Below are positions 1-10,890 of a stretch of DNA of 64,000 bases, in pieces. The position numbers and the translations under genes are program-made. Below the pieces are notes generated by a model that saw only the letters and a program-made list of their open reading frames with translations, was not told the DNA's origin and did not search any database. Origin of the DNA: Candidatus Adlerbacteria bacterium. GTDB taxonomy: Bacteria > Patescibacteriota > Minisyncoccia > Phycocordibacterales > SBAW01. Position 1 is the stretch's first letter; each line of letters starts with the position of its first letter. The stretch covers positions 23,639-87,638 of the forward strand of contig DAIDHJ010000001.1 of assembly GCA_027451965.1 (NCBI GenBank), written 5' to 3'.

Positions 1-382
1 CGGGCATACGTTTATCCCATGCTCGCATCCCCGCTTCCATGTGGAATACTTTGATACCTCGATGTGATGCCGGCATGACCGAGAGACCACTGTATGTATC
101 ACCATCTATTATGAGTCCATCCGGTTTAACATGAGCAAACAACTCATCGGTTTTTGAGATCACGTCTGCAACTTCACGTCCATAGCTCGATGTATCAATT
201 TCAAGTTGATAATCTGGTTCACGCAATTCAAGATCTCGAAAGAAAAAATCTTTCAATTCTGGAGTAAAATTTTGTCCCGTATGTACCATAATATGTTCAA
301 AATTCGACGATTCGAGTTGTTTCATCGTCGACCACATTTTAATCATTTCAGGACGCGTACCGAAAAGTGATATTACTTTCAT
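1..382 (-). CDS. wecB: UDP-N-acetylglucosamine 2-epimerase, N-terminal part (gene runs off window start)
   Basis: Minus-strand translation from ATG at 380-382 gives MKVISLFGTRPEMIKM...HTGQNF, with the GTRPE and HTGQ signatures of the UDP-GlcNAc 2-epimerase family. Absent from the ORF track because the 3' end is truncated by the window edge. Confidence 0.8.
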   Translation of the reverse strand, partial: MKVISLFGTRPEMIKMWSTMKQLESSNFEHIMVHTGQNFTPELKDFFFRDLELREPDYQLEIDTSSYGREVADVISKTDELFAHVKPDGLIIDGDTYSGLSVMPASHRGIKVFHMEAGMRAWDKRMP

Positions 383-422
383 AGTAATACATTGTGAATG
401 ATACTCAGCTTATCGTCAAAAC

Positions 423-1673
423 CTATTTAGTAGGATACAGAAGAACAGTAGGAAGAGGGATAATAAAGCGACCTCCGTTAGATATATAGTTCGTAGACTT
501 ATTTGCAATTTCATTGTAGAATGTCCATGCAAAAATAAGTACGTAGTCTGGTTGTGTTGTAAGTACCTGCTTATTACAAATTGGCACATGTGTGCCTGGA
601 GTATAGTATCCTTGTTTCATTGGTGCATCATCGATCACACATTCAATATATTGTTGATCAATTCCACAATATTGCATAATGGTGTTTGCTCGACCTGAAG
701 CTCCGTAACCTACGATACGCTTTTTCTCATTTTGTAATCTATTCAAAAGAGATATGAGTTCACTACGGCGCTGTGCACATTTTTTTGCAAATTGTGCATA
801 CCGATCGAAACTATCATATCTTTTCAGACGTTCATCAGCACGGAGTTTATCTACTGCTTTCGAAATATGCTTTGCATGCATACTTGTTTTCTTGCAAGCA
901 TAGTACCGCATTGAACCTCCGTGAATCGATATAGGTTGCACATCAAATATCACCATATCGTGACTTACAAGATGATTTTCAAGTGCTAGTAGCGAGTAGT
1001 AGAAGAGGTGTTCATGATAAATGAAATCATACTGGAGCTCTTCAAGAATTTTTCCAAGATAATGTACTTCAAAGATGAAGATACCATCATCTTTAAGTAG
1101 CTTCTTTACGCCTTCCGTCACACTATGAATATCTTCAATATGTGCAAATACATTGTTTGCAAGCACAAGATCAGCTTGACCATATTTTAATGCAGCACGC
1201 TCCGCAACTACTACATCAAAATAGTCATTAATAACTGTGATCCGAGGATCATTAATCGTCGCTACTACGTTTTGTGCCGGATCAATACCAATCACTGTAT
1301 GAACACCATGTTCCGCAATGTGCTTCAAAAGAATACCATCATTACAACCAATTTCAGCAACAACCGCAGTCGTCGGAGATGGTAAAAAGCGGTTCACAAC
1401 ATCTTCAGCATATTTTATAAAATGTTCTCTCAAAGTACCAATTGCGGATGAGAAATAAAAATAATTTTTAAAAAGTACACTTGGATGAATTCGTTCAGTA
1501 ACCTGTACGGCGTAACAATGTTCGCAAAATGCAAGACAAAGCGGATATTTCTTTTCCCCTGGAAATTGTTCCGGTTTCAAGAAAGCACCTGCAAGGGCAA
1601 CCTTGCCAAAGTCGATAATTTTGCGTAATGTCTGTTGTTTACAGAATATACATAATATCGATAAGTGCTCCAT
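423..1673 (-). CDS. SAM-dependent sugar C-methyltransferase family protein (N-terminal Cys4 zinc ribbon plus class I methyltransferase fold; TylCIII/NovU-like)
   Basis: 416 aa. CxxC...CxxC at the N-terminus, followed by the Rossmann-like motif VAEIGCNDG. This is the overall architecture of NDP-hexose C-methyltransferases (Methyltransf_13/14). Confidence 0.65.
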   Translation of the reverse strand: MEHLSILCIFCKQQTLRKIIDFGKVALAGAFLKPEQFPGEKKYPLCLAFCEHCYAVQVTERIHPSVLFKNYFYFSSAIGTLREHFIKYAEDVVNRFLPSPTTAVVAEIGCNDGILLKHIAEHGVHTVIGIDPAQNVVATINDPRITVINDYFDVVVAERAALKYGQADLVLANNVFAHIEDIHSVTEGVKKLLKDDGIFIFEVHYLGKILEELQYDFIYHEHLFYYSLLALENHLVSHDMVIFDVQPISIHGGSMRYYACKKTSMHAKHISKAVDKLRADERLKRYDSFDRYAQFAKKCAQRRSELISLLNRLQNEKKRIVGYGASGRANTIMQYCGIDQQYIECVIDDAPMKQGYYTPGTHVPICNKQVLTTQPDYVLIFAWTFYNEIANKSTNYISNGGRFIIPLPTVLLYPTK

Positions 1674-1721
1674 AATTTATAACAGTTTATCAAATAAAAC
1701 TTTGTTAATATAATAAAATAA

Positions 1722-2852
1722 TTAGAGAGAGATATTGGAAAGAATCTTTTTTGCTCTATTAGACCATGTATAAACAAGAACTTTATTTTTTGCTTGTTGC
1801 GCATAATTACTTCCGACGGTACGTAATAGATTAAAAATAGAAGAGACTAAAGATTGAATATCAGGATGTATGAGTAAAGCACTATCATCGTCTAGTATTT
1901 CTCGTACACTAGGCAAATCGCTCGCAATAATTGGCACGCCACTTGCCATGTACTCAAAAAGCTTTAATGGAGACATGAAGTGAGCATAATGCTCTGTATT
2001 AGGGTAGTTCATTACCAGAATATCGGCAGCTTTTAGATAGTGAGGTATTCGTGCTTGTGATACATGGCCAAGTATGTACGCATTTCCTTGTAAACCATTC
2101 TTTTCTACCAAATGTTCCACCTCTGAATGTTCATTTGAATTTAAACCGACAATAAGTAAAGCAGTATTTGGGTCTTCCACATGAACTTTTCCAACCGCTA
2201 CAATAATATCTTCTACCCCCTTTGACTCTCCCATCGTTTTATATTTCCCTACATATGCAATCAATTTCTTACTAAGAGGCAAGTGCAATTCCTTACGCAG
2301 TTGCTGTTTTTCTGGTAAATGTTCAAAAGCTTCCAAATCTACCGCATCATGAGCAACTATAATTCTATTTTCTGGTATACCAGCACGCACAAAAACATTT
2401 TTCAAACCTTCTGAAATCGATACAATCGTAATAGGTAATCGTTTTATTTTCTCTAGAATTCGTGCGGTTGGTTTTGTGTGTACTTCCCATACTTTTTTTT
2501 GAATAGATTTGAAATTACTAAAAAAGAATAGAGCTGGATCACGAGAATAGAGTATGTCTACTGAAGATATGCGAATATATTGCAGCGCATACACCATAAA
2601 TGAAATGGTTTGTAGCCAAAAACCAATTCGTCCCCATGATACTGTATCTACGGTTGGTAATCGTGTGACAGTAAAATTATTTTTGACGTTGTAGTACATA
2701 AATGGATCTTCTCGTATGGAAGTCTTTCTTGTGGGAACAACTAATTCAACTGATACACCTTCATTGGCAAAAGCTTCACACATTTTCATAATTTGTACTC
2801 CATGTGCCTTTTCAGTAGGAAGACGTATATTTGCTATGTATAGCAATTTCAT
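1722..2852 (-). CDS. glycosyltransferase family 4 (GT-B, retaining)
   Basis: 376 aa. C-terminal motif KLFEYMASGVPIIASD is typical of GT4 EX7E enzymes. Confidence 0.8.
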   Translation of the reverse strand: MKLLYIANIRLPTEKAHGVQIMKMCEAFANEGVSVELVVPTRKTSIREDPFMYYNVKNNFTVTRLPTVDTVSWGRIGFWLQTISFMVYALQYIRISSVDILYSRDPALFFFSNFKSIQKKVWEVHTKPTARILEKIKRLPITIVSISEGLKNVFVRAGIPENRIIVAHDAVDLEAFEHLPEKQQLRKELHLPLSKKLIAYVGKYKTMGESKGVEDIIVAVGKVHVEDPNTALLIVGLNSNEHSEVEHLVEKNGLQGNAYILGHVSQARIPHYLKAADILVMNYPNTEHYAHFMSPLKLFEYMASGVPIIASDLPSVREILDDDSALLIHPDIQSLVSSIFNLLRTVGSNYAQQAKNKVLVYTWSNRAKKILSNISL

Positions 2853-3616
2853 ATGTGCAAATATTGTTTTACTTTTTCATACCAAGCAATTGCATAGGAA
2901 ATTTTTCCCTTAAACTGAATCATGGTAGTCGTTCTATCAATAGAATTTCTTGGTAGACGAAATATATCGCTCGTAAGAGAAACAATTCCTTCTTTTACTG
3001 TAACTGCTCCTTCAAAATTATTCTTTTTTACTACTTCTACTACAGTATCAGTATAGTCTCCATATGGATATGCGAACACTGAACAACGTTTCTCCAGTCC
3101 GCTTTCAAGTACTGTTTTTGAAATTCTAATCTCTTGTTCTGCCTCTGGTACTAGTACATTTGATAAATGCGGATGAGATGCTGTGTGAGGTTCAATATCA
3201 ATAAGACCAGAATGTTCCATTTCCCTTAACTGTTCTATAGAAAGATATGCTTTATTTTCCCTTCCTTGCATACTAATAAAATTCGTAGTAACAAAGATAG
3301 TTGCTGGAAATTTGAATTCTTTTAAGATGGGAAATGCGTGTTCATAATTATCCGCATATCCATCATCAAACGTAAGTACCACCGCTCCATCTAGTGGCTT
3401 TTTTTGTTGGATACGATATATCAGTTCTTTTAAAGAAATAACAGGAACCTGCATGTCATGCATATATCGCATCTGCTGCTCAAAAGCATACGGAGTAACA
3501 GTAGAAAAATATTTATCAGTACATACAGAATGATACATGAGAATACTTGCATTATTCTCGTACAACTTTCGTTTCGGAATGAAAAAAAATAGGAGATTTT
3601 TGAGTAAGGATTTCAT
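2849..3616 (-). CDS. polysaccharide deacetylase (NodB homology domain)
   Basis: Motif VLTFDDGYADNYEHAFPILKEFKFPATIFV is a NodB signature. The ORF track extends to 3736, but the likely start is MKSLLKNLLFFF at 3616, abutting the upstream gene's stop at 3618. Confidence 0.7.
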   Translation of the reverse strand: MKSLLKNLLFFFIPKRKLYENNASILMYHSVCTDKYFSTVTPYAFEQQMRYMHDMQVPVISLKELIYRIQQKKPLDGAVVLTFDDGYADNYEHAFPILKEFKFPATIFVTTNFISMQGRENKAYLSIEQLREMEHSGLIDIEPHTASHPHLSNVLVPEAEQEIRISKTVLESGLEKRCSVFAYPYGDYTDTVVEVVKKNNFEGAVTVKEGIVSLTSDIFRLPRNSIDRTTTMIQFKGKISYAIAWYEKVKQYLHI

Positions 3617-3617
3617 A

Positions 3618-4643
3618 TCAGGCATTTCGGAACAAATCGAATATTTTATGACAAAGAAGCGTAAGACTGTGGTGTTCTTTGACCCATTCTTGATTTTTTT
3701 GAATAAGGTCCTGCCGTTTAGGGATGCATAGTGCATGCTGTATGGCTTTTGCTACACATGTAGATGTATTCTCTTTCGGCATTAAATCATCAGGCAAAAT
3801 CTCTGTGAGAGCTTCGTTGACAGCTACCACAATGCATCCTGATGCCATGCTTTCTCCTATAGTTTTATCAAAAGATCCAGAAGGAGTGAGATTTACATAG
3901 ATTGCATGCGTGCCATATAACTCTGGCATACGCTCATATGGCACACCAGTGTGAAATGAAACCGTTGGCAGACCAGAGAAATGTTTTTTCAATGCCTGTG
4001 CATATAGTTCATTTCCATAGGTTGCATCTCCGTATATATCCGCAATATATATAACTTTTTCCATATACAGCTGTTCCAAAGCTGCAAGAAATATATTTAG
4101 ATGTTTGACTTTATCCAATCGTCCAGCGAATAGTATGGAATTTTCTTTCCGTACAAAAGATTGGCTTGTGAAAAAATCCGTGTCTATTCCTAGGGGCATT
4201 TGTATACTGTTTTTAAATTGTGCCACATATGCCATAGGTGAGGTATAGCACACATATGTACTTAAAAAACCGGAAAACTGAGTCATAAAAGAACCTTTTT
4301 TATGATTGCGCCATAATATAATTGGTTTTTTATATATATGCCAGAATAGTCCTCCCAGAAGGACGTATTCTTCGTTCATATGTACAAAGACTCTATTGTA
4401 AGTTATGTGATATTTCAAAATAAGCTGTAAAAAACGAATTACATAATGCCATGTCGGAACTCGTCCTCGTTCTTTCCCCAAAGAAAAGACTTGTACATTC
4501 GTTGGTAATGTATGTTCTCCTTCCTTCAAACAAATTACTGTGATGTGATCGTAGTACTTAGAAAATTCTTCAATCCATCTATGAAAAAACCCCAGCACGG
4601 GATCATTGCGATCAACTGTTTGTGTCACAATAAGAAGATTCAT
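3618..4643 (-). CDS. glycosyltransferase family 4
   Basis: GESMASGCIVVAVN is a GT4-type motif. The ORF track extends to 4694; the likely start is MNLLIVTQ at 4643. Confidence 0.7.
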   Translation of the reverse strand: MNLLIVTQTVDRNDPVLGFFHRWIEEFSKYYDHITVICLKEGEHTLPTNVQVFSLGKERGRVPTWHYVIRFLQLILKYHITYNRVFVHMNEEYVLLGGLFWHIYKKPIILWRNHKKGSFMTQFSGFLSTYVCYTSPMAYVAQFKNSIQMPLGIDTDFFTSQSFVRKENSILFAGRLDKVKHLNIFLAALEQLYMEKVIYIADIYGDATYGNELYAQALKKHFSGLPTVSFHTGVPYERMPELYGTHAIYVNLTPSGSFDKTIGESMASGCIVVAVNEALTEILPDDLMPKENTSTCVAKAIQHALCIPKRQDLIQKNQEWVKEHHSLTLLCHKIFDLFRNA

Positions 4644-5638
4644 TGTTTTGGTTCTTCTAATGAAAGAAGGAATGTTTTGTTTTTTTGAAACCATTCCACA
4701 AATTCTCCTATTCCTTTTTCTATAGACACACTTGGTTTATATCCCAGTTTGCGTCGTGCAAGTCGTGTATCAGCAAGCGTATCTGGCACATCTCCCGGCT
4801 GGAGTGGTAGCAATATATATTTTGCTCTTTTTCCTACATACTTTTCAATGAGTTCTACCACACGCAAAAGAGGCACTGCTTCAGATCCACCTAAATTAAA
4901 AATTTCACATCGCTTTGCTGGAGAACGTTTTATTAAAGCAAGTATTGGTGCAACTACATCACTCACATGAGTGAAACTACGTTTCATTTTTCCTCGGTTA
5001 TATAACTTGATCGGTTTACCTGAAAGAATATTTTTCGTAAAAATAAACATTGCCATGTCCGGCCGGCCCCACGGTCCATATACAGTGAAAAAACGTAATC
5101 CTATAACCTCTATGCCAAATAAGTGATGATACGCATACGCCAATACCTCATTGGCCTTTTTTGAAGCTGCATAGACTGAAAGTGGTCTATCTGTTCTATG
5201 TGATTCGGAAAAAGGCGTTTCTGTATTCCCTCCATATACTGAAGAAGAAGAGGCATATATCACTCGAGGAATATGTAAACGACGCGCAGTTTCAAATACA
5301 TTTAACGTACCCACATAGTTATTTTGCGCATATGCCCAAGGATTAACTAACGAATATCGAACACCCGCTTGTGCAGCTAGATGAATAATTTCCCCTACTC
5401 GAGCATGCTTCAGCACCTTTTCAAGTGAGAAATAGTTTATAAGAGACAGTTTATGAAAAGAAAAGGTTTTGTAAGAACGTAACTGTGCTAATCGTTTGCG
5501 TTTCAAACGAAGATCATAATATGGATCCATTGAATCAATACCGATCACTTGATACCCCTTCTGCAACAATGCTTCAGCTACATGAAATCCGATAAAACCC
5601 GCAACTCCAGTTACCGCTATCGAACCCTTTTTCTTCAT
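4640..5638 (-). CDS. NAD-dependent nucleotide-sugar epimerase/dehydratase (extended SDR; UDP-glucuronate 4-epimerase-like)
   Basis: N-terminal TGVAGFIGFH glycine-rich NAD-binding motif and the YASSSSVYG catalytic region. Confidence 0.8.
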   Translation of the reverse strand: MKKKGSIAVTGVAGFIGFHVAEALLQKGYQVIGIDSMDPYYDLRLKRKRLAQLRSYKTFSFHKLSLINYFSLEKVLKHARVGEIIHLAAQAGVRYSLVNPWAYAQNNYVGTLNVFETARRLHIPRVIYASSSSVYGGNTETPFSESHRTDRPLSVYAASKKANEVLAYAYHHLFGIEVIGLRFFTVYGPWGRPDMAMFIFTKNILSGKPIKLYNRGKMKRSFTHVSDVVAPILALIKRSPAKRCEIFNLGGSEAVPLLRVVELIEKYVGKRAKYILLPLQPGDVPDTLADTRLARRKLGYKPSVSIEKGIGEFVEWFQKNKTFLLSLEEPKQ

Positions 5639-6549
5639 ACATTAAATTCTTCTTCAAGAGAGCGAGTTGTTTTCCCATTTGACCCATATACTCCTTCAAG
5701 CAGATCGAGATCTTTTTTACTTTGCTGTAAAAGAGAAATATTTTTTTCTTCAACTGCCGAGAACACTGTAAGTCCAGCGGGATCTCCTACTCGTTCTTCG
5801 TAGATTTCACGAAGTGCAGCAAAATCTTTTATAAAACAATGACCACCTGCTCCTCGACCACTTTTATGTATTGGATTGGCATACCGGTTGGAAATAAGTG
5901 GATCAGCTTTGAGCGCAAGTTCTATATTTTCCCATGAATAACCAAATGATTGTGCAAGATCATACATAAGATTGAATAATATGATTTGCACGTACCCACT
6001 CGCATTATGCGAATATTTCACAATTTCAGCTTCTGTACTGCTCATGATCCGACTGAATGGCGCTTGGGGTAGAATGGAAAGTACCTGTTCAGCTGCGGCA
6101 CGATGGATCGCATCATCAGCCGATATACCGACAATATTACAAAACGGATGTTCAGCATCATATCCAGCAGTAGCCTCAGAAAGAAATTCTGGAGAATAAA
6201 GTACTACCCGATCCGGATAATCTTGTTGAAAAGACTCTGTAGTACCCGGAAGGATGGTTGATTTCACAACAACTATTTTCCCTTCACCTACTAATCCAAT
6301 AGCTCCTCGTACGATGGAATCATCAAAATATGTTTTCTGTCCTTCCTTGCTCGGTACCGTTGGAGTAGGAACGGCAATAAAGACAATATCGCAGGTAGAA
6401 ATTTTTTCCTTGTTAGTGATATACGGCTCCTCAAGGGAATAGCGTACCACTTCATACCCTCGGCGCTCAAAATCATTTGCATAATTTTTCCCAATATACC
6501 CGTGTCCCACGAATCCGATTTTCGGGCGATTGGCGTTCTCTTTCATCAT
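5635..6549 (-). CDS. nucleotide-sugar (UDP-glucose/GDP-mannose) dehydrogenase family protein, short form
   Basis: NAD-binding N-terminus GFVGHGYIG, IAVPTPT, and the catalytic Cys motif GGHCFIKD (compare GGSCFPKD). At 304 aa it lacks the usual C-terminal UDP-binding domain. Confidence 0.6.
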   Translation of the reverse strand: MMKENANRPKIGFVGHGYIGKNYANDFERRGYEVVRYSLEEPYITNKEKISTCDIVFIAVPTPTVPSKEGQKTYFDDSIVRGAIGLVGEGKIVVVKSTILPGTTESFQQDYPDRVVLYSPEFLSEATAGYDAEHPFCNIVGISADDAIHRAAAEQVLSILPQAPFSRIMSSTEAEIVKYSHNASGYVQIILFNLMYDLAQSFGYSWENIELALKADPLISNRYANPIHKSGRGAGGHCFIKDFAALREIYEERVGDPAGLTVFSAVEEKNISLLQQSKKDLDLLEGVYGSNGKTTRSLEEEFNV

Positions 6550-6587
6550 GGCGGTTACTATACTAAAACAATGAGTATTTTAAAAGG

Positions 6588-8762
6588 TTACCTGCTTTCC
6601 TCTATTCCCCTTTTCCACTCCTGAGCCCAGGTTTGTGCAGATGGCAATGGTATGCGTAACGTTCCCCTTTGTCCGGATCCCAGTACCGAAACCACCCCCG
6701 GAGTAATACCTTCTTCGGGCACAATATATGCTCCTGCTTCTCTGGCAATACCAATATCATAGGACACGGTGGGACAATGAGCGGCAAGCGCTTCCACTAC
6801 TGTTGCACCATACCCTTCAAAACGAGCGGGGGTAGCAATAAAGCAATCAGCTCCTTTATAAAGAGAAAAAACATCAGTGCGATTCCCTAAGAACACCACT
6901 TGTTTTTCAATAGCAAGTTGTGCTGCTAAACGTTGGAATTGTTTCTTTTGAGATCCGTCTCCAGCAACCACTAACCCTGCATGAGGAAATACTTTTAGTA
7001 TGTTTGGGAATGCATACAATACATCTGCCACCCTTTTTTCAGGTTCTAAGCGAGAAACAATAAGCAGCGTATGAGAAAATCCATATGAAGTAAAAGAGAA
7101 TGGAGACGCACTATCGATCGCTTCTTTATTAATAAAAATCGGTAATACGGTTATAGGAGCACGCACGCCGGCGGCAAGTAGTTCTTGCTGTAATGCTTCT
7201 GAGACAACTCGAATGCAATCTGCACGGGATAATAGAAATCGCGCCAGTTGGTATTTAATCCAATGAGCTATTGATTGTTGACGAAATGAAGGATGAAAAA
7301 TATTGGTGTGCAGTTGTAGCTGTAATGGAACTCTCTTGTGCTTAGCGATACGCCACGCAATCCATCCCAAAAAGAATGGATCCTGTGCAGTAACGACGTC
7401 ATATATCATTTCTCTCGCCGCCCATATCATTCGGCGAGCAATAACATGCTTAGCACCTACAAACCCTTGTACTACCCCATGCTCTGCTAACGCACAGGAT
7501 TCACTTCTTGTTGCAGGAACATACACTGTAAGAAAACCAGTTTGTTGCGCTTGCAGTACCAAACGAGCGTGCACAGTACTGGTTTTCTGAAGCGCATTCG
7601 CATCTCCACTGATCATCAGTACGCGAAGTGCTGTATCAATATCGAGTGCTGCACAGGTCTTTGCAACTGTATAGGCACGTGTGTACTGTTTTACATGCAT
7701 GCGTGCTGCAGTAGAAAGTTCTTGTGCATACTCAGTATTAGTGAGAAGACGAGAAATAGCCTGTACCAAAGCTTCCGCATTGTTGTATGGAACCATAAGT
7801 CCTGTCTTTCCGTGTTCTAGTGCATCTGCATTACCGGGAATATCGGTAGTAACTACTGGCGTACCGACCGCACATGCTTCAAGAATTTGATGGGAGAATC
7901 CTTCATATCCCGTATTGAGCGCAAACACATCTGCCGCACGCAGCATTTGCATAAGCACATCTCGAGACACACTTCCGGTAAATACTATATCGAACTTCGG
8001 TGATCGCATGGTTGCCGCGTACGCTTCCAACTCCTTGCGCTGCGGTCCATCTCCCACAATCACTAATTGCACAGAAGGTTGGGTTTCTGAAACACTACGC
8101 ACTGCATCCATCAGGACGTGAAACCCTTTCCATGGTACTAATCTCCCGGAAGAAAGAATGATTTTTCGATTCGCATCCCATTGCAACGTGCGCCGACTTT
8201 CTTCTTGAGAGGGTAGTTCTGGCACTTCCACACTATTAGGAACCATAACAATCTTTTCTTTTGGTATACCCCATCGTTCCACAATGCTTCCTAAATAAGA
8301 GCTTTGTACTAAGACTTTTCGAGCATATCTCGCCACCCATCGTTCTATACGAATAAGAAATAGCAATAAAAAAGGAAAGCTACGAGGCGCATGTGCATAT
8401 CGTTCTAAAAATTGATCAGGAAGTTCAGAAACACCGAACCGCTGCATCCCCTGTTCCCACGCATAATCTCCTCCCACACGAAGATATAACCGTGCATGCC
8501 GCAGTCGCGCCGCGAAACATGCGGGAAGACCGACTGATATGGGATCGAGTGCAAACACAATATCTCCTCTTTGTATTGAAAAAAATAGCTTACCGAAATA
8601 CGCTATATGCCGAATAATTTTTGGAAATGTTCGCACCGACCGAAACGGCAATGTGCAGTAGGAAATATGGCGTTCTGCCAATCCTTCTTCAAATAAAGCT
8701 GCAAATGTTGCCGGACCTCCAATCTCAGGAGGATATACGCCAGTGGCAATGATAATTTTCAT
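6588..8762 (-). CDS. tandem glycosyltransferase (two GT4-like GT-B modules fused in one 724-aa protein)
   Basis: The N-terminal half (MKIIIATGVYPPEIGGPATF...) and the C-terminal half (..FEGYGATVVEALAAHCP..) each look like a complete GT4 module. Confidence 0.7.
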   Translation of the reverse strand: MKIIIATGVYPPEIGGPATFAALFEEGLAERHISYCTLPFRSVRTFPKIIRHIAYFGKLFFSIQRGDIVFALDPISVGLPACFAARLRHARLYLRVGGDYAWEQGMQRFGVSELPDQFLERYAHAPRSFPFLLLFLIRIERWVARYARKVLVQSSYLGSIVERWGIPKEKIVMVPNSVEVPELPSQEESRRTLQWDANRKIILSSGRLVPWKGFHVLMDAVRSVSETQPSVQLVIVGDGPQRKELEAYAATMRSPKFDIVFTGSVSRDVLMQMLRAADVFALNTGYEGFSHQILEACAVGTPVVTTDIPGNADALEHGKTGLMVPYNNAEALVQAISRLLTNTEYAQELSTAARMHVKQYTRAYTVAKTCAALDIDTALRVLMISGDANALQKTSTVHARLVLQAQQTGFLTVYVPATRSESCALAEHGVVQGFVGAKHVIARRMIWAAREMIYDVVTAQDPFFLGWIAWRIAKHKRVPLQLQLHTNIFHPSFRQQSIAHWIKYQLARFLLSRADCIRVVSEALQQELLAAGVRAPITVLPIFINKEAIDSASPFSFTSYGFSHTLLIVSRLEPEKRVADVLYAFPNILKVFPHAGLVVAGDGSQKKQFQRLAAQLAIEKQVVFLGNRTDVFSLYKGADCFIATPARFEGYGATVVEALAAHCPTVSYDIGIAREAGAYIVPEEGITPGVVSVLGSGQRGTLRIPLPSAQTWAQEWKRGIEESR

Positions 8763-8807
8763 AGCAGACAGTTATAGAACTAAGAAATTACTATCAAAGT
8801 CACCTTC

Positions 8808-8892
8808 TGGTGGGCATGGGGAGACTCGAACTCCCAAGGATTGCTCCATACGCTTCTGAGACGTACGCGTATACCAATTCCGCCACATGCCC
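8808..8892 (-). tRNA. tRNA-Leu (anticodon CAG), class II with long variable arm
   Basis: Manual fold of the reverse complement: acceptor GGGCATG/CATGCCC, T-arm GGGAG-TTCGAGT-CTCCC, anticodon loop CTCAGAA, 13-nt variable arm, CCA encoded. Confidence 0.85.
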
Positions 8893-8915
8893 ATCACAGC
8901 ATGGTACGAAAAAAA

Positions 8916-8991
8916 TGGTGCGGGCGCTAGGGATCGAACCTAGGACCTTTCGAGTATCAGTCGAATGCTCTACCAACTGAGCTACGCCCGC
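8916..8991 (-). tRNA. tRNA-Ile (anticodon GAT)
   Basis: Reverse complement reads GCGGGCGTAGCTCAGTTGGTAGAGC...CTGATAC...GGTTCGATCCCTAGCGCCCGCACCA, a canonical cloverleaf with anticodon GAT. Confidence 0.9.
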
Positions 8992-9035
8992 TCACAAAGC
9001 ATCCTAACAAAAAAATACATATTTAGAAACACACC

Positions 9036-9052
9036 TTTCTCTTGTTCCGTTC
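9036..9052 (-). repeat. 3' half of pre-16S processing stem (perfect 17-bp inverted repeat with 10716..10732)
   Basis: tttctcttgttccgttc here is the exact reverse complement of gaacggaacaagagaaa at 10716-10732. This resembles the RNase III stem that brackets 16S in bacteria. Confidence 0.7.
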
Positions 9053-9224
9053 GTCACTCATGTATCGCTTCGTACTCTGTGAAACGATGGATGAGTGAAC
9101 GAGGGCCGAGCGCATATCGGCCAAAGCGGACACATCTATAGGATGTAGTGTCATCATCCACATTCACCGAAGTGAACGTATCGCCATTCAGTTCTGACCT
9201 CGTACGAGGGGCAGAACAGCTTGT

Positions 9225-10687
<1,463 letters not shown>

Positions 10688-10715
10688 AGACAGAAGTATC
10701 TGTCTAGCTCGTTAG

Positions 10716-10732
10716 AACGGAACAAGAGAAAA
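10716..10732 (-). repeat. 5' half of pre-16S processing stem
   Basis: Pairs with 9036..9052. Confidence 0.7.
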
Positions 10733-10772
10733 GTGATTTCTCTTGTGTTGCCTTTTTTAGAAAGGACTTTTG

Positions 10773-10801
10773 TACTGGTGTGATCAATATTGCGATTGTC
10801 A
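10773..10801 (-). promoter_or_regulatory. candidate 16S promoter (-35 TTGACA)
   Basis: Minus strand reads TTGACA-17 nt-ACCAGT, between the map terminator and the 16S leader stem. The -10 is poor, so confidence is low. Confidence 0.25.
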
Positions 10802-10820
10802 ACGAACGCGCTCGCTATGA

Positions 10821-10847
10821 GCATAAAAAACTGCCATGACAGGCAGT
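10821..10847 (-). terminator. candidate intrinsic terminator after map
   Basis: Minus strand reads ACTGCC-TGTCAT-GGCAGT followed by TTTTTT, 44 nt downstream of the map stop. The stem is short (6 bp). Confidence 0.45.
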
Positions 10848-10890
10848 ACCGATACAGTATAGTCGCTGAACTGATTCCGTCAAGAGAGCC

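Noticed and set aside
5549-6494. Short plus-strand ORFs within the epimerase/dehydrogenase genes (5549..5803, 5972..6199, 6254..6442)
   Set aside because: They are antisense to well-supported CDSs and lack any motif.
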